A DNA stretch of 64,000 nucleotides from Candidatus Poribacteria bacterium (GTDB lineage Bacteria > Poribacteria > WGA-4E > WGA-3G): positions 4,256,001 through 4,320,000 of the forward strand of contig OZ240248.1 of assembly GCA_965198235.1 (NCBI GenBank), read 5' to 3'. Both the position numbers and the translations under genes were made by a program. The notes under the pieces were generated by a model, which saw only the letters and a program-made list of their open reading frames with translations, did no database searches and was not told the origin of the DNA. Shown here piece after piece: positions 9,190 to 18,656 of the stretch; position 1 is the stretch's first letter; every line of letters begins with the position of its first letter.

Positions 9190-9352
9190 GTTATTCTCCT
9201 TTAGTTTTTACCAAGGTGCCGGCATTTTCGCGTACTGCGGGGCAGTACATCTCGATACCCAGCATCTCTACACATCTATTATGCCATTGTAATACAATCT
9301 ATTTCACATTACAAGCACTTTTCAAAGTGTTATCATCTGAAAGCGAAACGCG

Positions 9353-11818
9353 CTAAGGAATCGATGTTTCACTTCCCGTTTCAGTATCATCGGAACTTCC
9401 AACTCGAATAGATGCGGATCGTTCGGAGACTTCAACAGGGTCTTCCGCTGTTGCTCCATCAAGCTCTTCCTGCCCAATTCGCAATTGCCGTTCTGCATCC
9501 ACAACATCTCTATTAATCTTGCCAATACATCGGTTGAGTTTATCAACAAGAGCAGTATGACCACTCATAGCACGACGGATTTGGCGGAGTTGGTCGATGA
9601 CAAGTCGAAAGGCTCTGACAAAGTCGCCTGCATCTAAACGGGCATACTTCTCAAGCGTGTCAAAGTCACAACCTCGACTCCAAGCAAGCATCGCAGTGCA
9701 GAGTCGGAGTTCTAACAGAGGTGTGATTTCAGTCACCTTATGCTTAACCTCTAAAGACTGTATGAACGAAATTTCAGAACTGACTGTATAAATCTCTTCT
9801 AACAAACGTTCGTCTTTGAGGGGCTTAAAGTATCCATCTTTACGAGGTTCGGTGACAATCGCCACCATGAGACAGTTAATTGCGTCCTCCGTGAGCCTCT
9901 CAAAAGAACCGCTAAACAGTAATTGGGTTAACTGGACCTCATATCCATAGATATGGGCAGCGGTGCGCCCGCGCGGCAGAAGGGTCCGTGCTTCAATGTA
10001 TCCGAGTTCTTCAAGCACCTTCAAACGGGCTGCTATCTGTCGCTGCGGATCGTTCTCAACAAACGTTGTCTTCTTCTTGAGTTTCTGAAGCCGCTCTTCC
10101 TCCTTGCGAATGGTTTTATATCTCCCAGTACACGTGGACAAGTGCTGGCATTCGTCACAAAGACTCGGCTCGCGACTCGCTTGAAAACGTTTAATTTTCT
10201 TGTGAACGGTCCTCAACCTCTTCGCGCGTTCATTTTTCCGCTTCTTTCCCCGCGTCTGTGATTTGATCTGCGCCATCTCTACATGCAAACGCTGCAGATT
10301 TTTTTCACGATCTCGTTTCTGGCGATAATGCTTTTCGATCTGCACACTCCCATCAATACCCTCGTGAATACACTCCGGTTTAGGGAGTATTTGAAGTTTC
10401 CCCGTCTTATCCTCAATCTGCTTGTTGAGCTTAGCGACCCGCACACGGTTTTGATGATTGCTCAAACTCATCGTGTAAACATCGTAAATATCGTCGCCAT
10501 ATTTCTGATAAAGATTGAGAATACTGGAATAGGAAAGATTGAATTGACTCTCTATCGGTTCAATCTTATCAGAAACAACACCTCGAGTCTCGTTTGAATC
10601 GGCGTATGAGGACATAATTTGAGCATAGACATAACCGATGGTGTCAATACCGCGTCTGCCAGCGCGCCCTGACATCTGATGATATTCTCGTGCTTTGAGA
10701 TACCGAAATCCGAGTCCATCAAATTTTTCAAGGCTGTCAAAAACCACCGAGCACGCTGGCATATTAATACCCACAGCGAACGTTTCGGTGGTAAAGAGGA
10801 GTTGAATGAACCCGGAGGTAAACAACCTCTCAACGACCTCTTTAAGCGTTGGTAGCATACCGGCGTGATGATAGGCGATCCCACAACTGACTAATCTGCG
10901 AAATTCGGCAATCTTCCTTTCTTCAACGATGTCAAATTGGAGGCAGAGTTCATCAAATTGCTTTAAAATCTGTGCGGTCTGTTTTTTATTAAGCAACTGT
11001 AACTGCGATCCGACCACCAATGAAACGGCGTTTTCTTCGCAGCCTCTACGACTAAAACAGAAATAGAGGCAGGGAAGCTGCTTTTCTCGACAAAGATGTG
11101 GAATAAGACTTGTCTCTATAAAATCAGCGGGAAGTGCCTGAGGTATTTTATCTTCAAATGGGTCGGATTTTCGTCCACGCGCATCGTGCTGTGCCCGCCT
11201 CCGAAGCGCGGAGATATGCTCTACACTACCGATGCCGTAATCTTTAAAATAGAGGTAATGCTCCAAAGGAACCGGACGTTTTAATTCTTCGACTATCTCG
11301 ATGTCGATATCCCGCACACTTTGCATCCACTCTGCAAAAGGGTTAATGTTCGGGATCGTTGCACTCAGACAGACAAATTTAATATGTTGAGGGGCGAAAA
11401 TGAGGCTCTCTTCCCAGACGGTGCCGCGCTCAATATCATTAATATAATGGATTTCGTCAAAGATGACGTAAGAGACATCTTGTAACCGTTCAATGTCGTC
11501 AAAGATAGTATTCCGAAAAATCTCGGTAGTCATCAACAGTACTTGCGCATACGGATTTAGGACCACGTCGCCTGTAACAATGCCGATTTTTTCCCCATAT
11601 TCCGCGTAAAAATCCCGATATTTTTGATTACTGAGGGCTTTGATCGGTGCGGTGTAGATAACACGCTGGTTCTCTTTAAGACACTTTTCGACGGCGTACT
11701 CAGCGATGACAGTTTTACCAGCACCTGTCGGGGCAGTGACAATCACTGAGGCATCCCGATTAATCGCCGCGATCGCTTTCTCCTGAAACCGATCCAGTTG
11801 TAACCCTTTGTACAGCAT
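9353..11818 (-). CDS. Ski2/HelY-like DEAD/DEAH box RNA helicase
   Basis: APTGAGKT, YTAPIKALSNQK, DEIH, SAT, HHAG, TETFAVGINMPA, QMSGRAGRRG, C-terminal DSHCT-like region. Confidence 0.9.
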   Translation of the reverse strand: MLYKGLQLDRFQEKAIAAINRDASVIVTAPTGAGKTVIAEYAVEKCLKENQRVIYTAPIKALSNQKYRDFYAEYGEKIGIVTGDVVLNPYAQVLLMTTEIFRNTIFDDIERLQDVSYVIFDEIHYINDIERGTVWEESLIFAPQHIKFVCLSATIPNINPFAEWMQSVRDIDIEIVEELKRPVPLEHYLYFKDYGIGSVEHISALRRRAQHDARGRKSDPFEDKIPQALPADFIETSLIPHLCREKQLPCLYFCFSRRGCEENAVSLVVGSQLQLLNKKQTAQILKQFDELCLQFDIVEERKIAEFRRLVSCGIAYHHAGMLPTLKEVVERLFTSGFIQLLFTTETFAVGINMPACSVVFDSLEKFDGLGFRYLKAREYHQMSGRAGRRGIDTIGYVYAQIMSSYADSNETRGVVSDKIEPIESQFNLSYSSILNLYQKYGDDIYDVYTMSLSNHQNRVRVAKLNKQIEDKTGKLQILPKPECIHEGIDGSVQIEKHYRQKRDREKNLQRLHVEMAQIKSQTRGKKRKNERAKRLRTVHKKIKRFQASREPSLCDECQHLSTCTGRYKTIRKEEERLQKLKKKTTFVENDPQRQIAARLKVLEELGYIEARTLLPRGRTAAHIYGYEVQLTQLLFSGSFERLTEDAINCLMVAIVTEPRKDGYFKPLKDERLLEEIYTVSSEISFIQSLEVKHKVTEITPLLELRLCTAMLAWSRGCDFDTLEKYARLDAGDFVRAFRLVIDQLRQIRRAMSGHTALVDKLNRCIGKINRDVVDAERQLRIGQEELDGATAEDPVEVSERSASIRVGSSDDTETGSETSIP

Positions 11819-11850
11819 CCAAACCTCCCTTGCGTAATGTTATAAAAGTA

Positions 11851-11879
11851 ATTGTAATAGATACGTTATTTTTTGTCAA
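11851..11879 (-). promoter_or_regulatory. Sigma70-type promoter for the helicase
   Basis: TTGACA-N17-TACAAT on the minus strand. Confidence 0.65.
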
Positions 11880-12041
11880 GCGAAATTTTTCTCAGGTGAG
11901 AGGAATCCAAAGCTGCCATAGGCATAATCTACAAGTCGCGCCCCAATCTTCTGTAGGAATAAATCTCCCTATCACGATTCCATTGACGACTCACAACCGA
12001 TAGCTGCAAACTAAGCCACCCTATGCCTCTACCGTTTCTCC

Positions 12042-12070
12042 TTGACATCCTCCACTTTTCATGTTATTAT
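12042..12070 (+). promoter_or_regulatory. Sigma70-type promoter for the 12124 ORF
   Basis: TTGACA-N17-TATTAT with extended -10 TG. Confidence 0.65.
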
Positions 12071-12123
12071 GGTATTAAGAGCGTTTAAACCGGGTTCCAT
12101 ATCGAAGTTAGAGGTGAAAACTT

Positions 12124-12633
12124 ATGCAAAACGCTAAAGGGAGACGAAACCAAGCGTCAGATACCTATGGAAAGCATATCTTGGCGATTCTGATATGTGT
12201 CGTGCTTTGCGGTGTCATCGCATGGGCACAAAAAAGCGGCGATGAAAACAAGAAAGGCATCACCTTGGTAGATCTCGGCGTTACAGAGGCACAGAAAATC
12301 GAACTTGAAGAATTGTGGGACCTGAAACGTCAAAAGGACATTCAGGCAATCAATGACTTGAAAACCTTAAATCGACTTGCAAAGGATTCGCTTGTAGAAG
12401 ATACAGAGATTCAAGAAACCTTGGACGAATTCCGAGCGAAACGGAAGGAAATGCGGGGACAGATTAAGGAGATCGAGGAAGAGTTGATTCAGACATTGCC
12501 GACGCAAGCCCAACTCCATTTAACGCTTATGGGCGTGTTAGATAACGGTATCCCACGTAGAACAAGAAAGGCACAAACCAACAAAAACACAGACAAAACG
12601 CCTAAACCGCCTTCAGAACAGCAGACGCAATAA
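12124..12633 (+). CDS. Secreted helical protein (Spy/CpxP-like, tentative)
   Basis: Signal/TM segment, then charged helical region with LGVTEAQK and LPTQAQ motifs. Confidence 0.5.
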   Translation: MQNAKGRRNQASDTYGKHILAILICVVLCGVIAWAQKSGDENKKGITLVDLGVTEAQKIELEELWDLKRQKDIQAINDLKTLNRLAKDSLVEDTEIQETLDEFRAKRKEMRGQIKEIEEELIQTLPTQAQLHLTLMGVLDNGIPRRTRKAQTNKNTDKTPKPPSEQQTQ

Positions 12634-12639
12634 AAAAGG

Positions 12640-12712
<73 letters not shown>

Positions 12713-12729
12713 ACGCAAAGATTGTTTTA

Positions 12730-12758
12730 ATTATATCACATATTCTCAGGGAATGCAA
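12730..12758 (-). promoter_or_regulatory. Promoter of tRNA-Ala
   Basis: TTGCAT-N17-TATAAT on the minus strand just upstream of the tRNA. Confidence 0.6.
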
Positions 12759-12781
12759 AAAAATTTACTTTTTTTGGAAAA

Positions 12782-13618
12782 ATGACAAAAAAATCGCAAA
12801 CAGACCCATTTTTCTCCTTCGCGAACCTTGGTAATAACGAAGTTCAACTCGCAACGGGTGCCCTGCTCATCGCGCAAAGCGAGTACCGCGAACTCGATAT
12901 TGAGAATTACCTCCACCAACTTGATGAGATGGCGGCTGTGGTTCGGGAACGGATCCAAGAGGCAACGCTACCTGAGCAACACATCACCGAACTGAATCGA
13001 TACCTCTTTCAGGAAAAAGGGTTCACAGGAAATACCGACAACTACTACGCACTCGGCAACAACTTCCTCAACTTTGTCCTTGATAAAAAGACAGGGATTC
13101 CAATTACGTTAGGCGTTGTCTATATCGAAGTCGGTAGACGCGCTGGGTTACCACTCGTCGGCGTAAATTTCCCAGGGCATTTTCTTGTAAGATACCAACG
13201 TGAACATTTAGACATCCTGCTCGATGTATTTGAAAACGGATCTTTCATGTGCGAAGACTCACTCCGGGCAAAACTCCAAGAAACCCTCGGTGACTCGGCA
13301 CCGCTGGAATCGAGTATGTTAGCTGAAGCCACAGATAAAGAGATCCTTGCACGCATTTTGCGGAATCTGACGCGCGCCTACACGCTCCTTGAGAACTACG
13401 ACAAAGCACTTACAGCCGCTGAACGCATCACGTGGCTGTTGCCGAACGCCCCCGCGGATTATCGCCTGCTCGGTTACCTACATTACAAAAATCATGCGTA
13501 CAGCGAAGGTATTGCGGCTTTCGAGACATATCTCCAACTCACAGACGCACCCTCCGATGCCACGGCGGTCGAGCGAAACATACAACACCTCCAAAAACTC
13601 CTCTCACGCCTGAATTAA
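12782..13618 (+). CDS. SirB1/transglutaminase-like domain protein with C-terminal TPR
   Basis: GFTGNTDNYY, GIPITL, GVNFPGHFL, ILARILRNL, TPR-like C-terminus. Confidence 0.85.
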   Translation: MTKKSQTDPFFSFANLGNNEVQLATGALLIAQSEYRELDIENYLHQLDEMAAVVRERIQEATLPEQHITELNRYLFQEKGFTGNTDNYYALGNNFLNFVLDKKTGIPITLGVVYIEVGRRAGLPLVGVNFPGHFLVRYQREHLDILLDVFENGSFMCEDSLRAKLQETLGDSAPLESSMLAEATDKEILARILRNLTRAYTLLENYDKALTAAERITWLLPNAPADYRLLGYLHYKNHAYSEGIAAFETYLQLTDAPSDATAVERNIQHLQKLLSRLN

Positions 13619-13619
13619 G

Positions 13620-13774
13620 TAGGACTTACGCAATTTTTCTATGAGCACCTCCGTATGACGCGCCGCTGGCGAGGTGTTTTTGCTGGGGGTTTTTGCTTGG
13701 GGTTTTTGATAGGGTGTTTCCTCTGCGGATTTCCCCTAGAAACCTCGCCAGCAATGGATGTTGCGTAAGCCCTG
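13620..13774. mobile_element. MITE family A copy 3 (5-bp TSD TTAAG)
   Basis: TAGGACTTACGCA ... TGCGTAAGCCCTG; TTAAG at 13615-13619 and 13775-13779; contains palindrome GCTGGCGAGGT..AACCTCGCCAGC split by a low-complexity insert. Confidence 0.85.
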
Positions 13775-14002
13775 TTAAGTTTACGCCAACACACGCATTA
13801 TCACCTACACAAAAAATATGACTTTTTTTCACGGACGTGATATACTGAGTCCGAACGTCCTGTTAGCGGATGCGCACGGTGCGGCGGATTTCCGCTTTCA
13901 AGCCCGTGGCGGTCCGTATAACGGTTAATGGCAAACACTACATTTGAATTTCAGCGGTTTCTGGAAAAATCCCAACTCAAATTAACAATGGAGGAGATAA
14001 CA

Positions 14003-14785
14003 ATGAAGTACCTGGAACGCTATTGCACCTGGGTATGCGCTGCCCTGCTTCTGCTCAATTTATCATTGCCAGCACTGGGACAGAGCGAAAAGGCAGAAAC
14101 CCTTGTTGGACACTGGACATTTGAGAAAGGTGTCGAACTGGAAGATCTCACGGGTAACTTTCCCGACATTCAGCTCATGGGTGCTACAATCGAGGATGGG
14201 CAATTGAATGTTGACCTCGGTAAGTGGGCAATCGCCAGTGGATATGATGGACCGGATATCGGAGAAAAGACGTTGGTGTCGTGGGCTATCATGGATAACC
14301 TTGATGTCCAGAAAGGCTCAATATTAACCATCGATCGTCTCTCCGATCCCACATTCGACGCGATCGTTTTTGGGGAACGCCAACATCATCGCTGGATGGC
14401 AGGTAGCGGTTGGTTTCACCGCACCCAAGATCCGAAACCTGGGTTCGAGGAAAAGAAAGCGGGAGAACTTATTATGATGGCAATCTCGTACGCAGACGAC
14501 GGTGGCACGGCACGTGTGAGGCTATATCGAAATGGGGACGAAATTGGCGACTATACTTTTGGTCAATTCGTGACCTTTGATAACAAGGATGCCGAGGCAA
14601 TTTGGGGGAAGCGTCACGGGGGTTTAGGCGGAGGTCCTGGAGATCTCGACGCTCACATTGAGGATTCACGCATCTACGCCTCTGTTCTGAGTGAGGCAGA
14701 GATCAAAAAATTGCTGCCGGACACGCTTGATGTGGAAGCGCACGGTAAGCTTGCTACCACATGGGCACGACTGAAAACGGAATAG
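14003..14785 (+). CDS. Secreted LamG-like (concanavalin A) domain protein
   Basis: RBS GGAGGAG; signal peptide; LVGHWTFE, RLYRNG, IEDSRIYASVLSEAEI; C-terminal GKLATTWARLK. Confidence 0.8.
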   Translation: MKYLERYCTWVCAALLLLNLSLPALGQSEKAETLVGHWTFEKGVELEDLTGNFPDIQLMGATIEDGQLNVDLGKWAIASGYDGPDIGEKTLVSWAIMDNLDVQKGSILTIDRLSDPTFDAIVFGERQHHRWMAGSGWFHRTQDPKPGFEEKKAGELIMMAISYADDGGTARVRLYRNGDEIGDYTFGQFVTFDNKDAEAIWGKRHGGLGGGPGDLDAHIEDSRIYASVLSEAEIKKLLPDTLDVEAHGKLATTWARLKTE

Positions 14786-14814
14786 GTATCTGGACATTAG
14801 TTTTTGTGTTAGGT

Positions 14815-14845
14815 GTCCCGGAGGGTTTTGGAACCCCTTCGGGAC
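14815..14845 (+). terminator. Stem-loop after the LamG gene (possible terminator)
   Basis: GTCCCGGAGGGTT-TTGG-AACCCCTTCGGGAC; no clear U tract. Confidence 0.4.
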
Positions 14846-15006
14846 TTCCACAAGAGCGATCTAATACTAATTACGGTGGTCAAGGAAAAATTGGAATTTG
14901 AATTGACGACCAAAAACCTTTATACAAAAAATTGTGCTTCAAAAAATGTGATGACAGAAAGAAACCATGAACACTATTTTACAAAAAGGAGTAATCAGTA
15001 AAAAAG

Positions 15007-16404
15007 ATGTTAACCAAAGCCAACATTGAACATGAAAAATCAAAACTAGGCTCTCCATTTTTTGAGGATGCCCTCGCCCCGACTCGCGATGAAGCGACAC
15101 TTCTGCCCCTGCTTGATAACCTCGGTAAATTACCAGCAGGATTTAATGGTGAACTTTTTATCCCACTTCTCACGCATGTGAACCCGAAGATCCGCATGCT
15201 CGCAGCAAAAAATGTCGGCAAACTCAAAGATGAAAAGTTTTTAACAGAACTTTCACAATTGGTATCCACCGAAAAAAATACTTTCGCCCGTCGCGAGGCG
15301 ATTTCCGCGATTGGACGCATGAGAAGCGAAAAGGCAATCCCGGTTTTGACTCAGTACCTCACCGATGCAGACCCAAAGGTCATTCTACAAGCACTGCGCG
15401 GGTTACTCTATTTTAAAGAAAAGCCGGAAGTTCAAAGTGCGTTAGACTCTTTGCATAAACACCCGAATGAACTCATCCGAGAGCATCTCGCTAACGAGGT
15501 GAAAAATAAAAGTGAAAGATCGCAAGGTGTGAAAAAAGATAGGCATCACTCAACCAGCCTAGATACTCTCAAAAACGTGATTGTCCACGCCGACGTGCAA
15601 AAGACACTAAAAGTAATTCCAGATGAGTCAATCCATCTCACTTTTACATCGCCACCCTATTACAATGCTCGAGATTACACAATTTACGAAAGTTACGAGG
15701 CATATCTTGACTTCCTAACTGCTGTCTTCAAGGAAACACATCGTATTACCAAAGAGGGACGGTTCTTTGTGCTTAACACATCTCCTGTTATCTTGCCTCG
15801 CATTAGTCGCGCCCATTCCAGCAAACGATATGCCATTCCGTACGACATACACCCACGCCTTACTGAAATAGGGTGGGAATTTATCGATGACATCGTTTGG
15901 ACGAAACCCGACTATGCTGCCAAAAACCGAAACGGAGGGTTTTTCCAACATCGTAAGCCTCTTGGGTACAAAGCGAATTCTGTCACTGAAAACGTCATGG
16001 TATACCGAAAGAAAACAGATAAGCTCATCGACTGGAACATCCGTCAGTACGACGATGAAACCATTGCCGCAAGCAAAGTTATGGGAGAGTATGAAAAAAC
16101 GAACCTGTGGCATATTAATCCTGCGACCGATAAAGTTCACCCAGCAGTCTTTCCGCCTGAATTGGCAGCGCGTGTCGTGCGATTCTATTCCTTTAAAGGA
16201 GATCTCGTTTTCGACCCATTTGGAGGTAGTGGGACTGTTGGAGACGTTGCCCTAACTCATGAAAGGTACTTTCTTCTCTGTGAAAAAGAAGCAGAATATG
16301 TTGAACGCGCGAAACACTTACTTAATACAGCTTTGTTTACTCAGTCAAAACCTCGGGTTCTTTCGCTTACTGAATTAAAATCTGCCCTTGTAGAAAGGAA
16401 TTAA
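15007..16404 (+). CDS. HEAT-repeat-fused beta-class DNA methyltransferase (N4-C/N6-A)
   Basis: N-terminal HEAT units (LAAKNVGKL, EAISAIGRM, QALRGL); TSPPYY precedes DPFGGSGT; HPAVFP. Confidence 0.88.
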   Translation: MLTKANIEHEKSKLGSPFFEDALAPTRDEATLLPLLDNLGKLPAGFNGELFIPLLTHVNPKIRMLAAKNVGKLKDEKFLTELSQLVSTEKNTFARREAISAIGRMRSEKAIPVLTQYLTDADPKVILQALRGLLYFKEKPEVQSALDSLHKHPNELIREHLANEVKNKSERSQGVKKDRHHSTSLDTLKNVIVHADVQKTLKVIPDESIHLTFTSPPYYNARDYTIYESYEAYLDFLTAVFKETHRITKEGRFFVLNTSPVILPRISRAHSSKRYAIPYDIHPRLTEIGWEFIDDIVWTKPDYAAKNRNGGFFQHRKPLGYKANSVTENVMVYRKKTDKLIDWNIRQYDDETIAASKVMGEYEKTNLWHINPATDKVHPAVFPPELAARVVRFYSFKGDLVFDPFGGSGTVGDVALTHERYFLLCEKEAEYVERAKHLLNTALFTQSKPRVLSLTELKSALVERN

Positions 16405-16409
16405 AATCT

Positions 16410-17402
16410 ATGACCGTTACTGGTATTGTTATCAAAAATATCATCCGAAAACTGCTCGCAGGACAAGACTACCGCTCCGAAGTTTTGACTCTGATCAATG
16501 CCGAGTTCTTACAATATGTTGTTGACTTTTTCAAACGTGTCGCTTGTGCAAAGTTGGATAACAAAGACGTGACTGTTGATTGGTACAAAAAGGAGCTCCT
16601 TTGTTCAGACTTACTTTCCAAAGAAGAGGTCGCTATTCATTCAGGTCTGAACATGAAAACAATCTCAAATATGTACAATTCAGCGAGTAAGTCAATTGTC
16701 TTGGAAGCATCGCTAGAACATTACGATGCGCTCTACGATGCCATCAACAGTTTAACTGAACAAGATAGCATAGATGTGGCTTTCACAATAAAATTTCGGG
16801 ATGTGAGCGTTGATTTGAATATTAACGAGAGTTTGATTGTAATCAATACACTCGCTGTCAAACGTTCAGCACTTCGAGGCGGATTATGGAGCACTGCTGG
16901 AAAACAAGTAGAAAAACCGTTAATGGTCGCCCTTTGCGCCCTCTTCCAAGTGCCGAAAAAATACTTTGATCAGACAAATCTTCCAGAATCAGAGCGAGAA
17001 TCCGATTTCTACCTGTTTGACGGTACAGGAAAGGCCTACCCCTGTGAAGTGAAGTTAATGGGAAAAGGAAACCCTGAAAGCGCGGATGCGGTGTACGCCA
17101 GGGACAGCCGCGTGTTGGTCGCGAACACACTTTCAGACTTGAATAAAGAACAAATGGATTCAAACAACATTCTCTGGGTTGAACTTCAAACTGAAAATGG
17201 ATATAAACGATTTGAAGAGGTCCTAAAGACCTTATCTATCCCTTACAAACCCTTTACCGGAGATCTCCAAGGAGCATTAGATAAAATTTTGTCCGTCATT
17301 CTGTCTGACGATGTCCAAGAGTCAGTAACCCCTCAAGTCGTTTTAATCGAAAGTGAACAAGATAGCGATTCCGGCTCACAATTACTGGTTGAATTTGAAT
17401 GA
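16410..17402 (+). CDS. Type II restriction endonuclease, CfrBI-like
   Basis: Directly follows the MTase; IIRKLLAGQDYR, GGLWSTAGKQVEKPL, ESDFYL and CEVKLMGKGNPES (PD-(D/E)xK) resemble the CfrBI family. Confidence 0.78.
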   Translation: MTVTGIVIKNIIRKLLAGQDYRSEVLTLINAEFLQYVVDFFKRVACAKLDNKDVTVDWYKKELLCSDLLSKEEVAIHSGLNMKTISNMYNSASKSIVLEASLEHYDALYDAINSLTEQDSIDVAFTIKFRDVSVDLNINESLIVINTLAVKRSALRGGLWSTAGKQVEKPLMVALCALFQVPKKYFDQTNLPESERESDFYLFDGTGKAYPCEVKLMGKGNPESADAVYARDSRVLVANTLSDLNKEQMDSNNILWVELQTENGYKRFEEVLKTLSIPYKPFTGDLQGALDKILSVILSDDVQESVTPQVVLIESEQDSDSGSQLLVEFE

Positions 17403-18079
17403 AAATTTTAGGTATTGACACCTCAACTCCTATCGGGAGTATTGCTTTAATTGATGGCGATAATTTAGTGGCGGAGCATACGCTCAACATCGTCCAAGCA
17501 CACTCCTCCAGACTTATGCCTGCAATTGATAGCGTCCTGAAATGGGGCAACATCACAGCAGAGACTCTGGACGGATGTGCCGTTGGTATCGGACCTGGAT
17601 CGTTCACCGGTATCCGCATCGGTGTCGCGACGATCAAATCCCTCTGCTATGCCCTCGACAAACCGATTGTTGGTGTCTCGACCTTGGAGGCAATCGCCTA
17701 TAACCTCCGATCGACAAACGGTGTCATCTGTCCACTTCTCGATGCCCGACGGAGTGAAATCTATGGCACTGCTTTCCACGGTGGCACCGAATGGCAACGT
17801 CTTAGCGAAGACCTCTGCTTACCCATCGATGCTTTCCTCGATCAACTCAATACAGATGTCCCCTCAAATGGCACTCTCAATTTCGTTGGGGATGGACTTT
17901 TGACGTACGGAAACGCAGTCCGAGAAAGACTCGGTGGGAATGCACACTTTGCCAATCCTATTTTCAACGTTCCACGAGGGGCAACGATTGCACACCTTGG
18001 GACACAACGTCTACAGCACGGAGAGAGCGATAGCTATTGGACTTTGGCACCAAATTATGTTAGAATTGGATTGTATTGA
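17399..18079 (+). CDS. tsaB: tRNA threonylcarbamoyladenosine biosynthesis protein TsaB
   Basis: ILGIDTS, HSSRL, GPGSFTGIRIG, DARRSEIY, PNYVR. Confidence 0.93.
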   Translation: MKILGIDTSTPIGSIALIDGDNLVAEHTLNIVQAHSSRLMPAIDSVLKWGNITAETLDGCAVGIGPGSFTGIRIGVATIKSLCYALDKPIVGVSTLEAIAYNLRSTNGVICPLLDARRSEIYGTAFHGGTEWQRLSEDLCLPIDAFLDQLNTDVPSNGTLNFVGDGLLTYGNAVRERLGGNAHFANPIFNVPRGATIAHLGTQRLQHGESDSYWTLAPNYVRIGLY

Positions 18080-18123
18080 GGCTGAAACATTTCGCTGTAA
18101 ATCTGCAATAGTCAAGGTAACAC

Positions 18124-18396
18124 ATGTATATCAGCAGATTGGAATGGGACGAATACCGCATTGAACATATTGCTCGGCATAACATAGAACCCGATGAAGT
18201 GTGGGATGTCTGTGAAGATCCACACCATTTAGCCCGTCGTCACGGACAAAATCGATATCTTGTTTACGGACAAACAGCAGACGGACGATACTTGTTTGTT
18301 GTCTTGGAGAGTATCGGAGGAACTATGTATAAACCTATTACCGCGCGAAATATGACTGTCCACGAAAAACGAAACTTTAGGAGGCAGAAAAAATGA
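18124..18396 (+). CDS. BrnT family toxin
   Basis: LEWDEYRIEHIARH, GQTADGRYLFVV, ITARNM. Confidence 0.8.
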   Translation: MYISRLEWDEYRIEHIARHNIEPDEVWDVCEDPHHLARRHGQNRYLVYGQTADGRYLFVVLESIGGTMYKPITARNMTVHEKRNFRRQKK

Positions 18397-18656
18397 AAGA
18401 GTTGCACGTACCCGAGTTTTCAACTTATGAAGAGGAAGCTGATTTCTGGGATAACTTAGACACCGCAGATTTCATGGAAGACGATGACCAGTGGTTTCGC
18501 TTTGAAACACCACACAAACGGGGGATTCGTGTCGCAATTCTTCCCGAAATCGCTGAAGAACTCAGGCAAAAAGCACAAGCGCAGGGTGTATCAATTGAAA
18601 CTTTAGTGAATACCCTTTTGATCGATCACGTACGGGAATCAACACACCCGAATTAG
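18393..18656 (+). CDS. BrnA/CopG-like antitoxin
   Basis: PEFSTYEEEADFWDNLD, C-terminal RHH-like region; ATGA overlap with the toxin. Confidence 0.78.
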   Translation: MKELHVPEFSTYEEEADFWDNLDTADFMEDDDQWFRFETPHKRGIRVAILPEIAEELRQKAQAQGVSIETLVNTLLIDHVRESTHPN

